A stretch of 64,000 nucleotides of DNA from the NCBI GenBank assembly GCA_028534125.1, contig CM052816.1, positions 78,432,001-78,496,000 of the forward strand, given 5' to 3'. This DNA comes from Lama glama (lineage: Eukaryota). The notes below the pieces were generated by a model. That model made no database searches, was not told where the DNA came from, and saw only the letters and a list, made by a program, of their open reading frames with translations. Shown here one piece after another: positions 25,988-38,499 of this stretch; positions within the stretch are counted from its first letter, which is position 1; each line of letters starts with the position of its first letter. The position numbers and the translations under genes are program-made.

Positions 25988-26316
25988 TTAATTCTATGAT
26001 TTTTGTAAAATTTAAAAAAAAAATTCCTAGAGCTTTGTATTGACTAAACTAATACATTCTGAAATATCTAGCAAACTACATATAAGCTTTGTTTAATTTC
26101 CAAGGAATTTAGTTACATATTAAGCTACAAGAATGTTAATAACCATCCATTTAGTTTCCTTTTTCTTCTTGGCTTGATTCAAGTTATCAACACAGCATTC
26201 ATAGATGTTAGGCTAGCTTGTTAAAGGAGACACCTGGGTTTTATTACACATGAAACAAGTTCTAATATAGGATTCATAAAAAATGTACTACGAAATTCAA
26301 TTATTAAAAACCTCAC

Positions 26317-26444
26317 CACTTTGTACATATCTGTTCTGCATACTTTTCTCCCTGAAAACGTTAGGACTCCTTGCCAGGACGGCCTGCAACAAGACTGGTA
26401 TGTCGCCTTCTGGATCATCACTGCCAAGGTTATCTTTCAACTCT
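26317..26444 (-). CDS. NIPBL: NIPBL exon 4 (128 nt; ELKDNLGSDDPEGDIPVLLQAVLARSPNVFREKSMQNRYVQS)
   Basis: Manual translation continues the frame from exon 3; cag acceptor, gtgagg donor. Confidence 0.96.
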
Positions 26445-28135
26445 CTGGCATTGGAAAAATAAATACAAAGAAATTAAAATAATGATTAAGAATTTTCTAT
26501 TCTATATTAGTAAGACAGCAATTCACCAGTGAAATTCAGAAAAGGCTGAGGCAGAAAATTAAGAAGACTATGGCATAAAAATAAATTACACAAGTAAGTC
26601 TAACAATTTCATGGACTTTTAAAGATGCTAATCCTAGAAGAAACAGAATTATCAAAAAATGACAAGAGGGGAGTTCTTCTAACAATAACTTATTTTTTCC
26701 CCCATTTTATTTTAAACAGGCAGGAAAAAACCCCAAAACATTATTTTATAGAACTATGAGTGAATTTAGGAATGTTCTCATCAGTTTCAAAATAGAAAAT
26801 AAATAATGTCTATTCTAAAATATTCAAAAAATGGAAGAGTAGCAGTGATAATTATGCAGAGAAGTTGATACTTGGGCTTGGAATAGATTTTCTCCCTTAC
26901 ACCTGAATATGAGTGAGTCTGCCTTTTTAAGAACGTCCTCTGAATAAAGTAACAATGTTGCCATACTGATTAAAATAAGACTCAAAGGCTACGTAATTTT
27001 TCCTTCTTTATTCTTTTCTCAAATACAGACATTTTGTGGGGTAGGGGGATACCCAAGCAAGTGGTTAAGAACAGCTGCAATTAGTAAGTAGCAAATTAAA
27101 TTTACAACTATGAAAGGTAAATGATAAAAAATTAAATATAGGCAGTATTTTAAATTTTACATTCTAAATATGTCCCTGTTCCACTCCTTAAGTCTAATGA
27201 GAAAGATTGATAAAGATGGTGCCCAATGGTAAGATTAAATAAATTTCTGGGGGCAATCTTGAAGCAGCTCTCAATAACATCACTATATATATGCTACTTC
27301 CCTTATCCCGCTAAATATTTGGTGGAGATTTTTTGATTAAGGATGTACAAGTACAAGAAGTGATGTATTATTTTGACATTTTTGAATTTCTGGAATGACA
27401 AAATATTAGCATTATACTTTCTTCTGATTTTAACCAATTGTTTCTGTTTCTCCATCAGAAAATTCACATTTAGTATTTCACCTAAAGTCATCAGTTTTAA
27501 AAATAAAGTATGTGCAGCATCTGATGGCAGAGACCTCTTCATTATTTTAATATGTGCTATCCTCATTCTCCTAATTAAAAAAAAAAAATCGAAGGACATA
27601 TGAGTACCAATGTGTAGTGAGGTGTGAACTTTTTAATACATTTTTGTGTTGGGATAGCTATGTACTGCTTTGGTAGTAAAAATTAAATTAAAAAATGAGT
27701 CCCAGATTCTATGGTAGCCTTCCTTGAAGTTACTCTTTTGAGTTCTTGACATCCTTCCCATGAGAAGTATACCACTTTAAATAGAGCCAGAAGCAAAGTC
27801 CATAGTGCCTGGAAATTCTAACCACTCTAGCAATTTTACAAAAAAGAGAGCTTCATAAGTAACTTTAGACCTCTGTATAGAGCCACCTCGATGAACCCTA
27901 AGATTATTACAAGAATTGGAGATCTTCATAGAAGTACACAGGTCAGAACTACTGTCTCAAAATAACTATGGCCTATTTAAATCTCATTAATATCTCATCA
28001 CAGTAATGCTATGTTCTCACTTGGATATCAATATAAAACTATGTATTTAAATTTTTTTGAAACAAAAGTAAAACCAGGAAAGCTGATTCTCTTAGTGAGA
28101 CCAGAATTTTTCACTTTATTTTAGATTGTACTTAC

Positions 28136-28301
28136 ATGTGATCCGTTGATACCTGGTTGAGGCTATGGACAAGCTGTGAAACCAAATTATCATCCCTACA
28201 GGCCAAAAGGCAGTTCACCTCTTCTGCTATTCGTGCATTAAAGAGAAGGCTCTTTGTAGTTGTAGCAGGTAAAGGGGATGGAAGAGGCAGCTGGTTCAGG
28301 A
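28136..28301 (-). CDS. NIPBL: NIPBL exon 3 (166 nt; LLNQLPLPSPLPATTTKSLLFNARIAEEVNCLLACRDDNLVSQLVHSLNQVSTDH)
   Basis: Within ORF 28132..28371; tag acceptor, gtaagt donor, phase 1 to phase 2; part of the MAU2-binding N-terminus. Confidence 0.97.
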
Positions 28302-30324
28302 CTATTTGGAATAAAATCAGATTATTAGAAATTAAGTTACTATAAGAAGTCTCTTTAGTGCTAACATACATTTGGGAATTAAAAGTAAGTTATTAAAAAG
28401 TAAGTTATAAATATTAATGTGACAAATTAATAAAAGACATCCTTCTTCCCCAACAAACCTCAGACAACTCTACAAAACTCCTCAAATGTCAGCTGGATCA
28501 TAGTAGATTATACTATTCTCTAAGAGTGAAACTCAGCTTCTTTATCTTTGTGCTGACTATTCATGTCTCAAATATTTGTTAACTTAATAAATGAGTAGCC
28601 AAAAAGGTAGAGTTAAAAACTAAGTAATTTTCCAGGAATTGAGAATATATTAGTTAATCTCATTCATTTTTGCTTATAAGACTAATCAGAATCAATACAC
28701 TCTCACATAAATAAACCAAGTAATAATACCTGACTCTTTGCCAGATAATGTTTTTTAAAAGCTTAAGTAAATACAAAAATAAACAGCTCACTTTAGCAAG
28801 TGAACAACATTCACAAAATAGGATTCTGAAGGAAGACTATCTAAGGGATTTTGCTTTAAGTTATAAATTCCTAAATAGTCTCTCTTCTTCCTAACAGTAA
28901 ACAAAAGGGCATAAATGTTTTACAGTAGTTTATATTCAGCTATTTAATGTCTGTTCACATAATGGAAATTTATTCATATGTCTAAACTAAAAGTTAAGAA
29001 CATCAACTAAAGTGTCTTTGTTTTTGCCTTAATTTCTAATTACCTATACGGTATAACTATCATGCTGCTCAGCCACAATGGGTAATAATAATTTTCTTTA
29101 CTAATAAAAACATGGGAAATAAATTATTATGTAATAAATAGGTATATTGGGCAAACAAACTTTAAAAATAAGGTACAGCTGAGATAATGGGTAAATAAAA
29201 AGAAATTCCTGGTAGTACATCTGATTCTGTACTCCTGCATATTGAGTTTATGCCTTACCTATAACAAAGTGATCAACAAAACTAAAGACAGTTTCAAAGG
29301 ATTTTACCTGAGTTACCCTAACCCTACCAGCTACTTTCTTGTTATCTCAGATTTTATAAACCAGCCCTGCTAGTTTCCGCACTGAAAAGCTGTAGGCTGG
29401 TGTCTACTTTACCCCATTTAAACCAGCTGGAAACTGACACGAGAAAAAGGTAGTATTTGGGAAATACTGAACACAGATAAAAACACTACTTGAAGTTATT
29501 TTCTCATAGCTTTATTTATAAAGCCCCATATATTGCATAATGCTTGCTATACAAAGAAAGGCAGGTCATCTCCTCACTGTCCACTCATCCCTCTTATGTC
29601 TCCTTTTCCTTTTATTTATTCAGGTAAAAACGACAGAAGAACTAATATTTTTGCATTTTTGAGTTGCTTTTTGCACCATTACCCAGGGACTAAGAATTAG
29701 AGTTGCCTACCAAAAGAATAAGCACCTAAAAGATTGCGCTACACTAAGTAAAACTCAAGAGAATGACAATGTTCTTTAAAGTTAAGTGTTTAGAGTAAAT
29801 AGGCTCCTGTCTAAGACAAACTCCAACAGATTACTGAACATAACATCCAACATAAACATCACTAAGAAATTAGATTAAGTTGGGTATCAAACTTTCTTCT
29901 TGAAGTGCAGTTTCAATTACCATTTCTATAAATGTTTTTTAAAAAGTCTGAAATTGTTCTTATATGCAAATTCATGCTTCTTCGGTTTTTATTTTTCTTA
30001 ATGCTTTGTTTCATCTTCTTTGAGCCTCAATTTTGCATTTATCCCTTTATCATATAAAACCTTTAAACAAACACATGCTACCATTTCCAAATGGGTCCTT
30101 AAAATGAAACAGAAATTAGGGTCTTTATCTATTGTCTGACTACACTAATGTTGTTACCTTCACATTTATGCCAATTAATCAAAGAAAATCATGATGTTTG
30201 TCATTCAAAATCTAAAATCTTTAAACATTTTCTGTTACTTATGACACTAATAATAATTACTGTTATAGTCTCTTCAAAAATCAGTGTCAGAGTAGAATGT
30301 AAATTAGATAAATTAACCACTTAC

Positions 30325-30388
30325 GGTCTGTAAGACTAGCAATCCCCGCAAGAGTAGTGATGGGGACATGGGGCATATCCCCATTCAT
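30325..30388 (-). CDS. NIPBL: NIPBL exon 2, coding part (start codon; MNGDMPHVPITTLAGIASLTD), 64 nt
   Basis: Reverse complement reads ATG AAT GGG GAT ATG CCC CAT GTC CCC ATC ACT ACT CTT GCG GGG ATT GCT AGT CTT ACA GAC C|gtaagt, the recognisable NIPBL N-terminus, followed by a canonical donor. Confidence 0.97.
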
Positions 30389-30467
30389 CCTGAAGTTCTG
30401 GAATGGTGTTGTCTAAGAAAGTACTTAGTTCAGGTGCCAGCTGTCATTACTTCCCATTTCCCAAACA
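30389..30467 (-). other. NIPBL: NIPBL exon 2, 5' UTR part (79 nt)
   Basis: Polypyrimidine tract and cag acceptor (ttttttgtttcag; plus-strand ctg at 30468-30470) 79 nt upstream of the ATG, the same offset I recall for human c.-79. Confidence 0.9.
30425..30457 (-). promoter_or_regulatory. uORF1 (MGSNDSWHLN*) in the NIPBL 5' UTR; contains uORF2 (MTAGT*, 30430-30447) in a different frame
   Basis: gaaATGG GA AGT AAT GAC AGC TGG CAC CTG AAC TAA and gtaATG ACA GCT GGC ACC TGA read directly from the reverse complement. Translation itself is not shown by the sequence. Confidence 0.7.
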
Positions 30468-30609
30468 CTGAAACAAAAAAGACATTATTTGTAAAAATAC
30501 GTCAAATATATCATTAGGGAAATGTTTATAAAAAAACAAAAATTTCTGCTTTTCTTATTTGTTTAACCTATATGACAATAGCTATCATGCTCATACTACT
30601 CACCCTACA

Positions 30610-30790
30610 TTACACTTGCAGAGTGCTTTGCATATAGTTAACTCATTTAGTCCTCACAACCACCAAGTAAGGTACGTACTATTATTTTCTGCATTTTACT
30701 AATGAGGAAATTAATTTCCAGGGAGTTTAAAGTACCTTGTAGAGAAAGATCAGAACCTAAGCAATCTGGCTCAAGAGTCTGTGCAGCTTA
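30610..30790 (-). mobile_element. MIR SINE fragment
   Basis: aactcatttagtcctcacaaccacc...attattttctgcattttactaatgaggaaa MIR core. Confidence 0.7.
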
Positions 30791-32077
30791 GTGGGCTCTA
30801 TAACTAGGTGGGATGCTCAGTTCTGACAAGCACTGTTTTCTTTTCCACATCATAAACACATCAAAATCTAGGTTCAACTTGCCTTTCTAGTAAGTAATGT
30901 ACACATTATTCAAAGATGTGTCTTTATTAAATAACTTTATAAACAACAGCAAACAGAGGAAATCTCTATGTCAATTATCTAAGACATAGTGCTAAAATAG
31001 AAAACTGAGTTGTAAACTTTAAACTGTAAATGTTTCTCTTTTTTGAGGTTATATCTGCTAGTCAGTAACTTTTAAGAGAGCCTCTATATTTTTTGAGTTA
31101 TAAACGTCAAAACAGTGTAATGATGTAACACTAGTAACTCCCCTTACTCATACATCATAATGCAACTTTGCAAATTAAAGTTTTTCTTCAAAATATAGAA
31201 GTATATAGGTAGTTAAAAATAAGAATATTCTTCTTCCTGACTTTCATTATAAATATGAGATAGACTGACAAAAGTTCCAAAAACATATATGTATGGTTTA
31301 ACAGTTATAAAGTGAGCATTCCTGGAACCACCATCCAGAAGCCTAGCACTCTAGTTCCTTCTAGTGGTAACAACTATCCTGTCTTTTTAGTAATCCATTT
31401 CCTTTCCTTTTTTTCCTTCACAGATTAATGATCTTTATATGTACTTTCTTTTCTGGTAAATGGCCAAGGGGAAAATACTGTTTTCCTTTGATGAATGACT
31501 GATATAAAACTTGCCAGTAGAAGCTCACTGTAAGGAAATGGTACAGAAAATAATATATGGAAGATATAGTTACTATTGGCTATCCTATAGTTTTCCTTTT
31601 GCTACTCTATGCACTTTACACTTTGAAGTAATTAATTTGATTCTTTAATAATCACTAAAGAAGTTTAAAGAAGCACTGTATATTTAGCAGTTGCATCAAG
31701 CACTCAAGAAAAAGGTTAGTTAGAATTTAATACTGATAGAAGTTACCAAAACGCTTAGTAATTAATGTGGGGGAAAAAAATCACTGAATGCAAATTATGT
31801 ATAGAACAGCGTAAAATATCGTTATTCATGCAGGACTCTCTGCTGCACATGTAAACTGACATATTCAAGCAGATTAAGTAACAAGTGACCATTTTAATCA
31901 TTTAATTCAGAGGATAGATAGGTACCCATAAAGAATAACATGTTAGGGGAATCTACTGCGGACTACTTGACTTTATTCCATTTTCCTAAATCTCAGGTGA
32001 GAAACATTTTAAGTAGACCCAACCCTAGGCTGGAGTTTTTTCAGCCTGAAAATGATTCTCTCTATATACATAAAGTC

Positions 32078-32113
<36 letters not shown>

Positions 32114-32136
32114 GTATATATATATATGTGTATATG
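32078..32136. repeat. (TA)n/(TG) compound microsatellite
   Basis: Seen directly. Confidence 0.9.
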
Positions 32137-34841
32137 TAATGTCAGTTACCATGTCTAAATTGGAAGATTAAAAAACCTAACCTTAAGGTTGTGCTTTTCT
32201 TAGTGGCATGACAAGGTATCTGAACACGCTGATGTCAACTCAAAACTGGGAGTAAGAGAGAAAGGAAGGGGAGCAACAATGCTTGTTTGGTTTAAAGTGC
32301 TTTAAGTATATAGACTGAGTAGATGACTACTGACAAATCTAATTACAACTTACTGCTGAACTATGACAATTTCATGGAATCCAAGATTTTGAAGAACAAA
32401 AGACTTTGGTAGAAATGGAGTTATAATTTTAACCAAGGTCATAGATTTTGATGAATATGAGTAGTCTGTAGAAATGCTGCTGCCTTATGCTAGAAGGTGA
32501 TCAGAGTCCATCAAGAAACAACATTCCTAGAACATTCCTAGAACCCCTAATTAATTAGACATGGCATTTCTGGCTCTGGATTGGGCAATGTTTGGTCTAA
32601 GTGGCTCTGTAAAAAGTACACTATCTTTCATGAAACTGCTGAAACTGTAGATGAAAAGTCATTATCTCTGTGGAAGAACGTGTCCAGAATGAAATGGTAA
32701 CCAAATGGGAAAGATTATAATGAGTGGTTTAGAACTGTCACTTAAGGCAGTGCTTTATTTAAAATGTGTGAATGGTGACTGATTAGTGGATTGTAAAATA
32801 AATTTAGTGGGTTGAGATCAACATTCAGAGGGATAGAGGAAACAGAAATAAAAGGCTACACTGCACATGGTCTTGTGAGCCTAGGTAGCATGTCTTTCTA
32901 ATTGTGGGTCACCAAGTCAAAGCAATTCGAAAGTTACTGATTTAAAGAAATGGAAGAGAAAAAAAGTAGCCCCCTCACAAGTGGTGATGAGAATGAAATA
33001 ACAGTGCATGTAAATCACTTGACATACTACCTGGTACACTGTAAGTGATCCAAAAAGTTAACAGTATTAACTGCTAACTTGAAAAATACTTTAGAGGAAT
33101 AGAGGAGAAACACAAGTGAATTACGGAAAGGGGGTCTTTTCAATATAGGTAATCCCTATTTCTTAAAGACCTATTATAAATTATTATTTGAAATTCCAGT
33201 ATATATTCACCATAGTATTACAAGTATGTACAACAGTCCTAGGCACGCTCACCTACAATTATTTAAATGGTACAGTAGCTGAAATAAATAATGGCAATAA
33301 AAGTAAAAAAAAATTTAACTGTTGTAATAGTAAAAACTAAATCAAACACACACAAAAATCAAGAAATCATTTATAACATAATCTTAGAATGGCTTGACGT
33401 TTAATTAAAATAATAGTTAATTAGTGGAAGATATTATAGTAAATTCCCATTTCAGCCCATTATGAGTCTGATGGGAACTTCTAAGCACTTGCCAAATTAA
33501 AGACCCCAGTTTTTTGCTCATTTAATTTCACTTCAAAATTTAAGATTTCCTTATATAAATGATAGAAATGCAAATAAAATAGTATTAGTAAAAGTTACAA
33601 CAGTAATATTCAGATTGAGATGGTTTTGGAATAAAAGGTAATCTCCTAATCTTGTAGTGGATAAAACTTTCCTGGACAGCCTCTTTGTATTCTACAGCCA
33701 AAAGAACATGAATGCTATTATCTCAACAATTTCACTTTTTTAGTAGTAAAAAGCTGGTTAAAATGATAACTAACATTTACTAAGCACCTACTACATAGTA
33801 AAAAAATGGTAACGAAAACTTTAAATGTACTCTAATTCAATCCTTATAGAAAACTGAGGTACTAATATTCCAATTTTATCTAATGAGGAAATGTCTTGCC
33901 TTTGTCATGTTATCTCAGAAATCTTTCATAAATGCCTCATTCTTTTTTTTAATATATTTTATAGCTCGACTGAAACATCAAATTTAAATGAATGTTATTC
34001 AGTAAAAGTACACCATGTAACTATAAAGTAAGACGACTATGGCTTTATGGAGTCAGACTCCTTACTTTATAACTTACAGTCACATCTATTTCATACTTGG
34101 TTCACATTTCTATGGCACTTTAAGTACTTTTACTTTCTTCTTGATCTGGACTATACAGCAATAAGCAAAACTCAATCTGAAGAAAGCCAGTATTCAATAA
34201 AAGATTTTAAGAGTAAGTTAACACCCTAGTACTTATGTTAAGTTCATAACTTCTCAAAATTGGCATAACATTTTAATAAATCAATCTTGTCAAACACAAA
34301 CCACTTATTTCCTCCATTTCTCAGCATATCAACAATGAGATAAATGATGCTAAATGGAAGATATCATCAATTTGGTAACTCTTCCCTTAACAATCATTCA
34401 GTCTGCATTAAATTAATAATCAAAATTCCTTTAAATTCTACTTTGTGTTGTTCTCCAGAAAAATGTTTCATCTCTTTTTTTCTGGACATAACAAAAGGAT
34501 TTTCCTTTTTACTTGATAGTTAAAGTAGATTTAAAATGTCACATTAGATTAGATTAATAGTTCATCCAACTCCATATAGGTACCCCTTGAGTTATAAATG
34601 GTATCCAAGAGTTCATACTACGTTTCTATGGTATTTAAGCCCTTCATGATGATGTATCCAGTAATATTTATCTTCTGTCACTGTGTTAAATACTATGCTA
34701 AGCAAGCAATCTGCAATAGTTAACAAGATGGAAGCAGTCTCTACCCTTCAAAACTTGAGTTTGGCCAAGGAATGCTGTGAAAGGAGAGTATCTTCCAGGA
34801 GGAGAAAGGGGAAAAGAATCACTGAATTAAAACCTGAATCA

Positions 34842-34941
34842 TCTGTGATAACATGGATAGACCTTGAAGGCATTATGCTAAGGGAAATAATATAGTATTT
34901 ATCTTTCTGTGTCTGACTTATCTCACTTATATGTGGAATCT

Positions 34942-34978
<37 letters not shown>

Positions 34979-35433
34979 ACGAAACAAAATTCATAGAAAA
35001 AGAGATCAGACTCATGGTTAACAGACACAGGGGATTTGGGGGTGGGGTGGGAGGGACGTTGGAGGAAGGTGGTCAAAAGGTTCAAACTTCCAATTGTAGG
35101 TACTAGGGATGTAGTATACAAAAGGATGACTATAGCTAACACTGTTGTATGATACACAGGAAAGTTGTTAAAAGAGTAAATCTAAATTCTAAAAGTTTCC
35201 ATTACAAGGAGAAAAAAATTTTTCCCTTTACTCTTTTCTTCTTGCTTTTCTTTTTATTGTATTTACACAAGAAGGGTGTTAACTGAACCTATAGTGGTAG
35301 TCATTTCACAATATATGTCAACCAAACTGTCATGTTGTACATCTTAAACTTATACAGTGATAACTGACAATAAAATATATGTAAATAAAACACTTACACA
35401 GTAATACATCTCAATAAAACTGAAAGAAAAAAG
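34842..35433 (+). mobile_element. 5'-truncated LINE-1 3' end containing a (CA)n tract
   Basis: acatggatagaccttgaaggcattatgctaag...ctcacttatatgtggaatctaaa, G-rich tract, ctcaataaaa tail; probable TSD aaacctgaatca / aaacctgaacca. Confidence 0.85.
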
Positions 35434-36389
35434 AAACCTGAACCAATTCTACTGTGACTACACCATATTTTAATCCCTCCACTCTCTGCAGCACATTCAT
35501 TTAAAAAACAATGGCAAAGATTCTTAAAATTCATGAAAAGATATACTGCTAAGTGAAAATAATATCAATGTGTACAGCTCAAGCCCATTTTTGCTTAAAA
35601 TACATTTTTATACAAATATAGTCTAGGCATGAAAAAAGTTCTTTAAGAATGTATCTTCAAACTATTAACAATGGTTAGGGGGTAGGATGTATTCTGGGAT
35701 TTTGGGGAATCTCCATCTTTGTAGTATCTGTATCTGTATTTTTTGGATTAATAAAAACTATTAGTCTATAATTCAGAAAAACAATGATATAAAATATGTA
35801 TTAAAATGAAAAACTTTAAAGAGTCTTCTAATAGGTGCTGTTATATGTAAATTTCACTGGGATAGTTAAATAATTATCTGTGAAACCTATGTTAAGAATC
35901 TATGTAAGAACCTATGTAAGAAGGCACTGTGTTGGGTACTAAAGACTAGCAGAATATGTAGAGTGCATTCATAAGTACTTTGGCCAGAGCATAAGGCCAG
36001 AAAGGTGGAGCCTGCAAAGGAATTTGTCATAAAATGTTGATCTTTTTTCATATCCTTAACATAAGTGAACGTAAGCTTTCAGTAAGACTAATGTAAGAGT
36101 GGTAAGAAAGGTGGGGTGGTAGAGAGAGAGAGAGAATGGAGGCAGAAAACTGTTGGAGGAATACTATGGAACTAACATGTAATGATAGTCTGATTTTGGA
36201 TTCATTCAGATTAAAATGCCAAAGTAACATTTAGTTGTTGGAGAAGTCTAAAGTTGGAAGTTGGAAACTCTAGAACTGACTGTAGAGATCAGAGATACAG
36301 CAATAGATATGGAAGTGATCCACAGAGGACTGATAGCAGCTAAATTATAACAGATGAGATAGGCAAGAGACAGGATAACACTGTAGGGG

Positions 36390-36590
36390 AACTTTTTTAA
36401 GCGCTTCTTATGTGCCAGACATTAACACATAGTTTTCCTTAATCAAACCAAGGTCAGAGGGTTCTAAAGATGATCTCTATTTTACAGATTAAAAAAAAAA
36501 AAGCTAAGAGCCTAAATTATTTGCCTATGGCTACACAGACAGTACAGAGCAGAGCTGGGTGTTTCTAACTAAAGCTTACATTCTCATGCA
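36390..36590 (-). mobile_element. MIR SINE fragment
   Basis: ttatgtgccagaca...ctctattttacagat...atttgcctatggctacacag...gcagagctggg. Confidence 0.6.
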
Positions 36591-38499
36591 TATCTGAAGG
36601 ACATAAAATTGGCAAACATCTACACTGCTATGACAGAAATACAAACCAATAAAAGGTAAAGGAAATTATTCCTCAGAGAAGCTAAATGTCTGTTCAGGGT
36701 ATCACAGCTTGCAACTGACCCAGTCAAGACTATGGATGTTTGGATTTCTAGTTCAGTATTTTTACACTATGCTACCTTACATGATTATAACATTATTTTG
36801 AATAAACAAAAATTTTACATGTAGAATATTTAGCTAACTAGCACCTTTCTTCCTTGGCAATATCAATTTCTTCTTATCTTTTTTCTCGGTGAGGAGAGAG
36901 AGAGAGGGCTTAAAACTATTTTTAATGTCTCACTTTGTAACACATTTAATAGTATAAACTCCCTCAGATTCTTTTGGGGGACGGGTGGAATAAAAACCCT
37001 AAGTAGCTAGATAAGTAAACAAGTAAATCTGCATTGTACTATTTACTATTTTAAGTAGGTAACAGTAAGTCCCTAAAGCGGCATCTCTCTAGCAGAATCC
37101 TTTCACTTTATCAAGCTACCTCCAGATTCTTTTTTGCTGCCTACTATTCAAGAATGAATTTTTCACATTCTGAAGACACTTCCAAAAGACCTTCCTCAAA
37201 TCCTAGCTCAAAAACAGTTTCCAGTAAGTTGTACTGTGAAAATTCTCACTTCTTTAAAACATTTCTGTTTTTTATAGTTCTAAACTATTTCCATTAAATA
37301 AGAAAAATGCAAAATAAAAGCTCTAAAGTTCTCTTTAAAACATGCTTTGCTTTTGGAATCCTGAGCTCTCTGCAGCCACAATGTTGGATACCAATAATGT
37401 GTATTCCAATAACGTAGCTATATCTTAATATATTTAATATATAATAGAAGGATACAGTCAATTACTGATTACTATTAGGAAGAGAAAAAGAAGTCACCAA
37501 GAAGTAAATCTGGTTGAGATTTAGGGTGTTTCAAAAGCAGTTTATAGAATATGTGTATGTTCATTAAGAAAACAATCGTAAAAGTGTATTTTTCTAATCA
37601 TATTTATGTATTTTTCTAATCTTGTTCTCACCAATTTATTTCACATGCAGTTTTTGAACTGACTTTAACAAAACTTCGTATTACTTTAAAAGGTCCCAGC
37701 TGATTATGACAATTAAATTCACTTAGAGGTCTCCAGAGTAGTTACATGATGTCTAATGATAGCAAAATATGCAAAAATGCAAGCTTCACCAGGAAAAAAC
37801 AAAACAAAACTCCTGCGTACTATTTGTTTGTTTTTTTTAACAAGAGGGCATGGAAGAAATTTCCAAGTGCCGCTATGAGTTATTTGGGTTCCTAGTACAC
37901 CTCCCCACACCGAAATTTTTATTTCTCACCTTCTTTTCCACTGCAAAAGAGCCTATCTCAATCCTCTAATAAAGGCTGATTGATTCTTACACCACAAAAC
38001 TATTTCCTATACAATGGTATTAGAAATGCAAAATCAAACAATAATTGTTTTATTTCCTTCTAAATGAGGTTGAGGTCTTAAAGAACTATAATATTTAGAT
38101 ACAGGCCTCAACTTTTGACCATAACACCCTTGATGATACAAATTAATCTAAAATACAAGAAAAAAAAATGCTTTTATGTAAAATTACTGAACAGTCCACA
38201 AGAGGGCACACTTTCAACGACTGTAAAATTTTTAAATGCATTTTTTTTTAAAACTAGTCCAAAGATTGCCCAGATTCTTTTGAATTGATCATTCAACATC
38301 CTCAGAACACAGCAGATTCTGAAGTTTGTAAATATTTTTTTGTTTAAACACACAGAAACTTTTTCTGGGGATGCATATAGAATGTAAGGAATGCCTGAAT
38401 ACATGATATAAGTATGCAATCTTATCTGCCATCTTGGTCCTGTTAGCTACTTGGAATTTGGCTGTCCTAAAAATCTTTTCAAGAAATGCTGGCTATTTT

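Noticed and set aside
35885..35921. Three copies of a roughly 12-nt unit (acctatgtaaga); similar small duplications near 32520 and 48967
   Set aside because: Ordinary slippage duplications with no spacers or functional context
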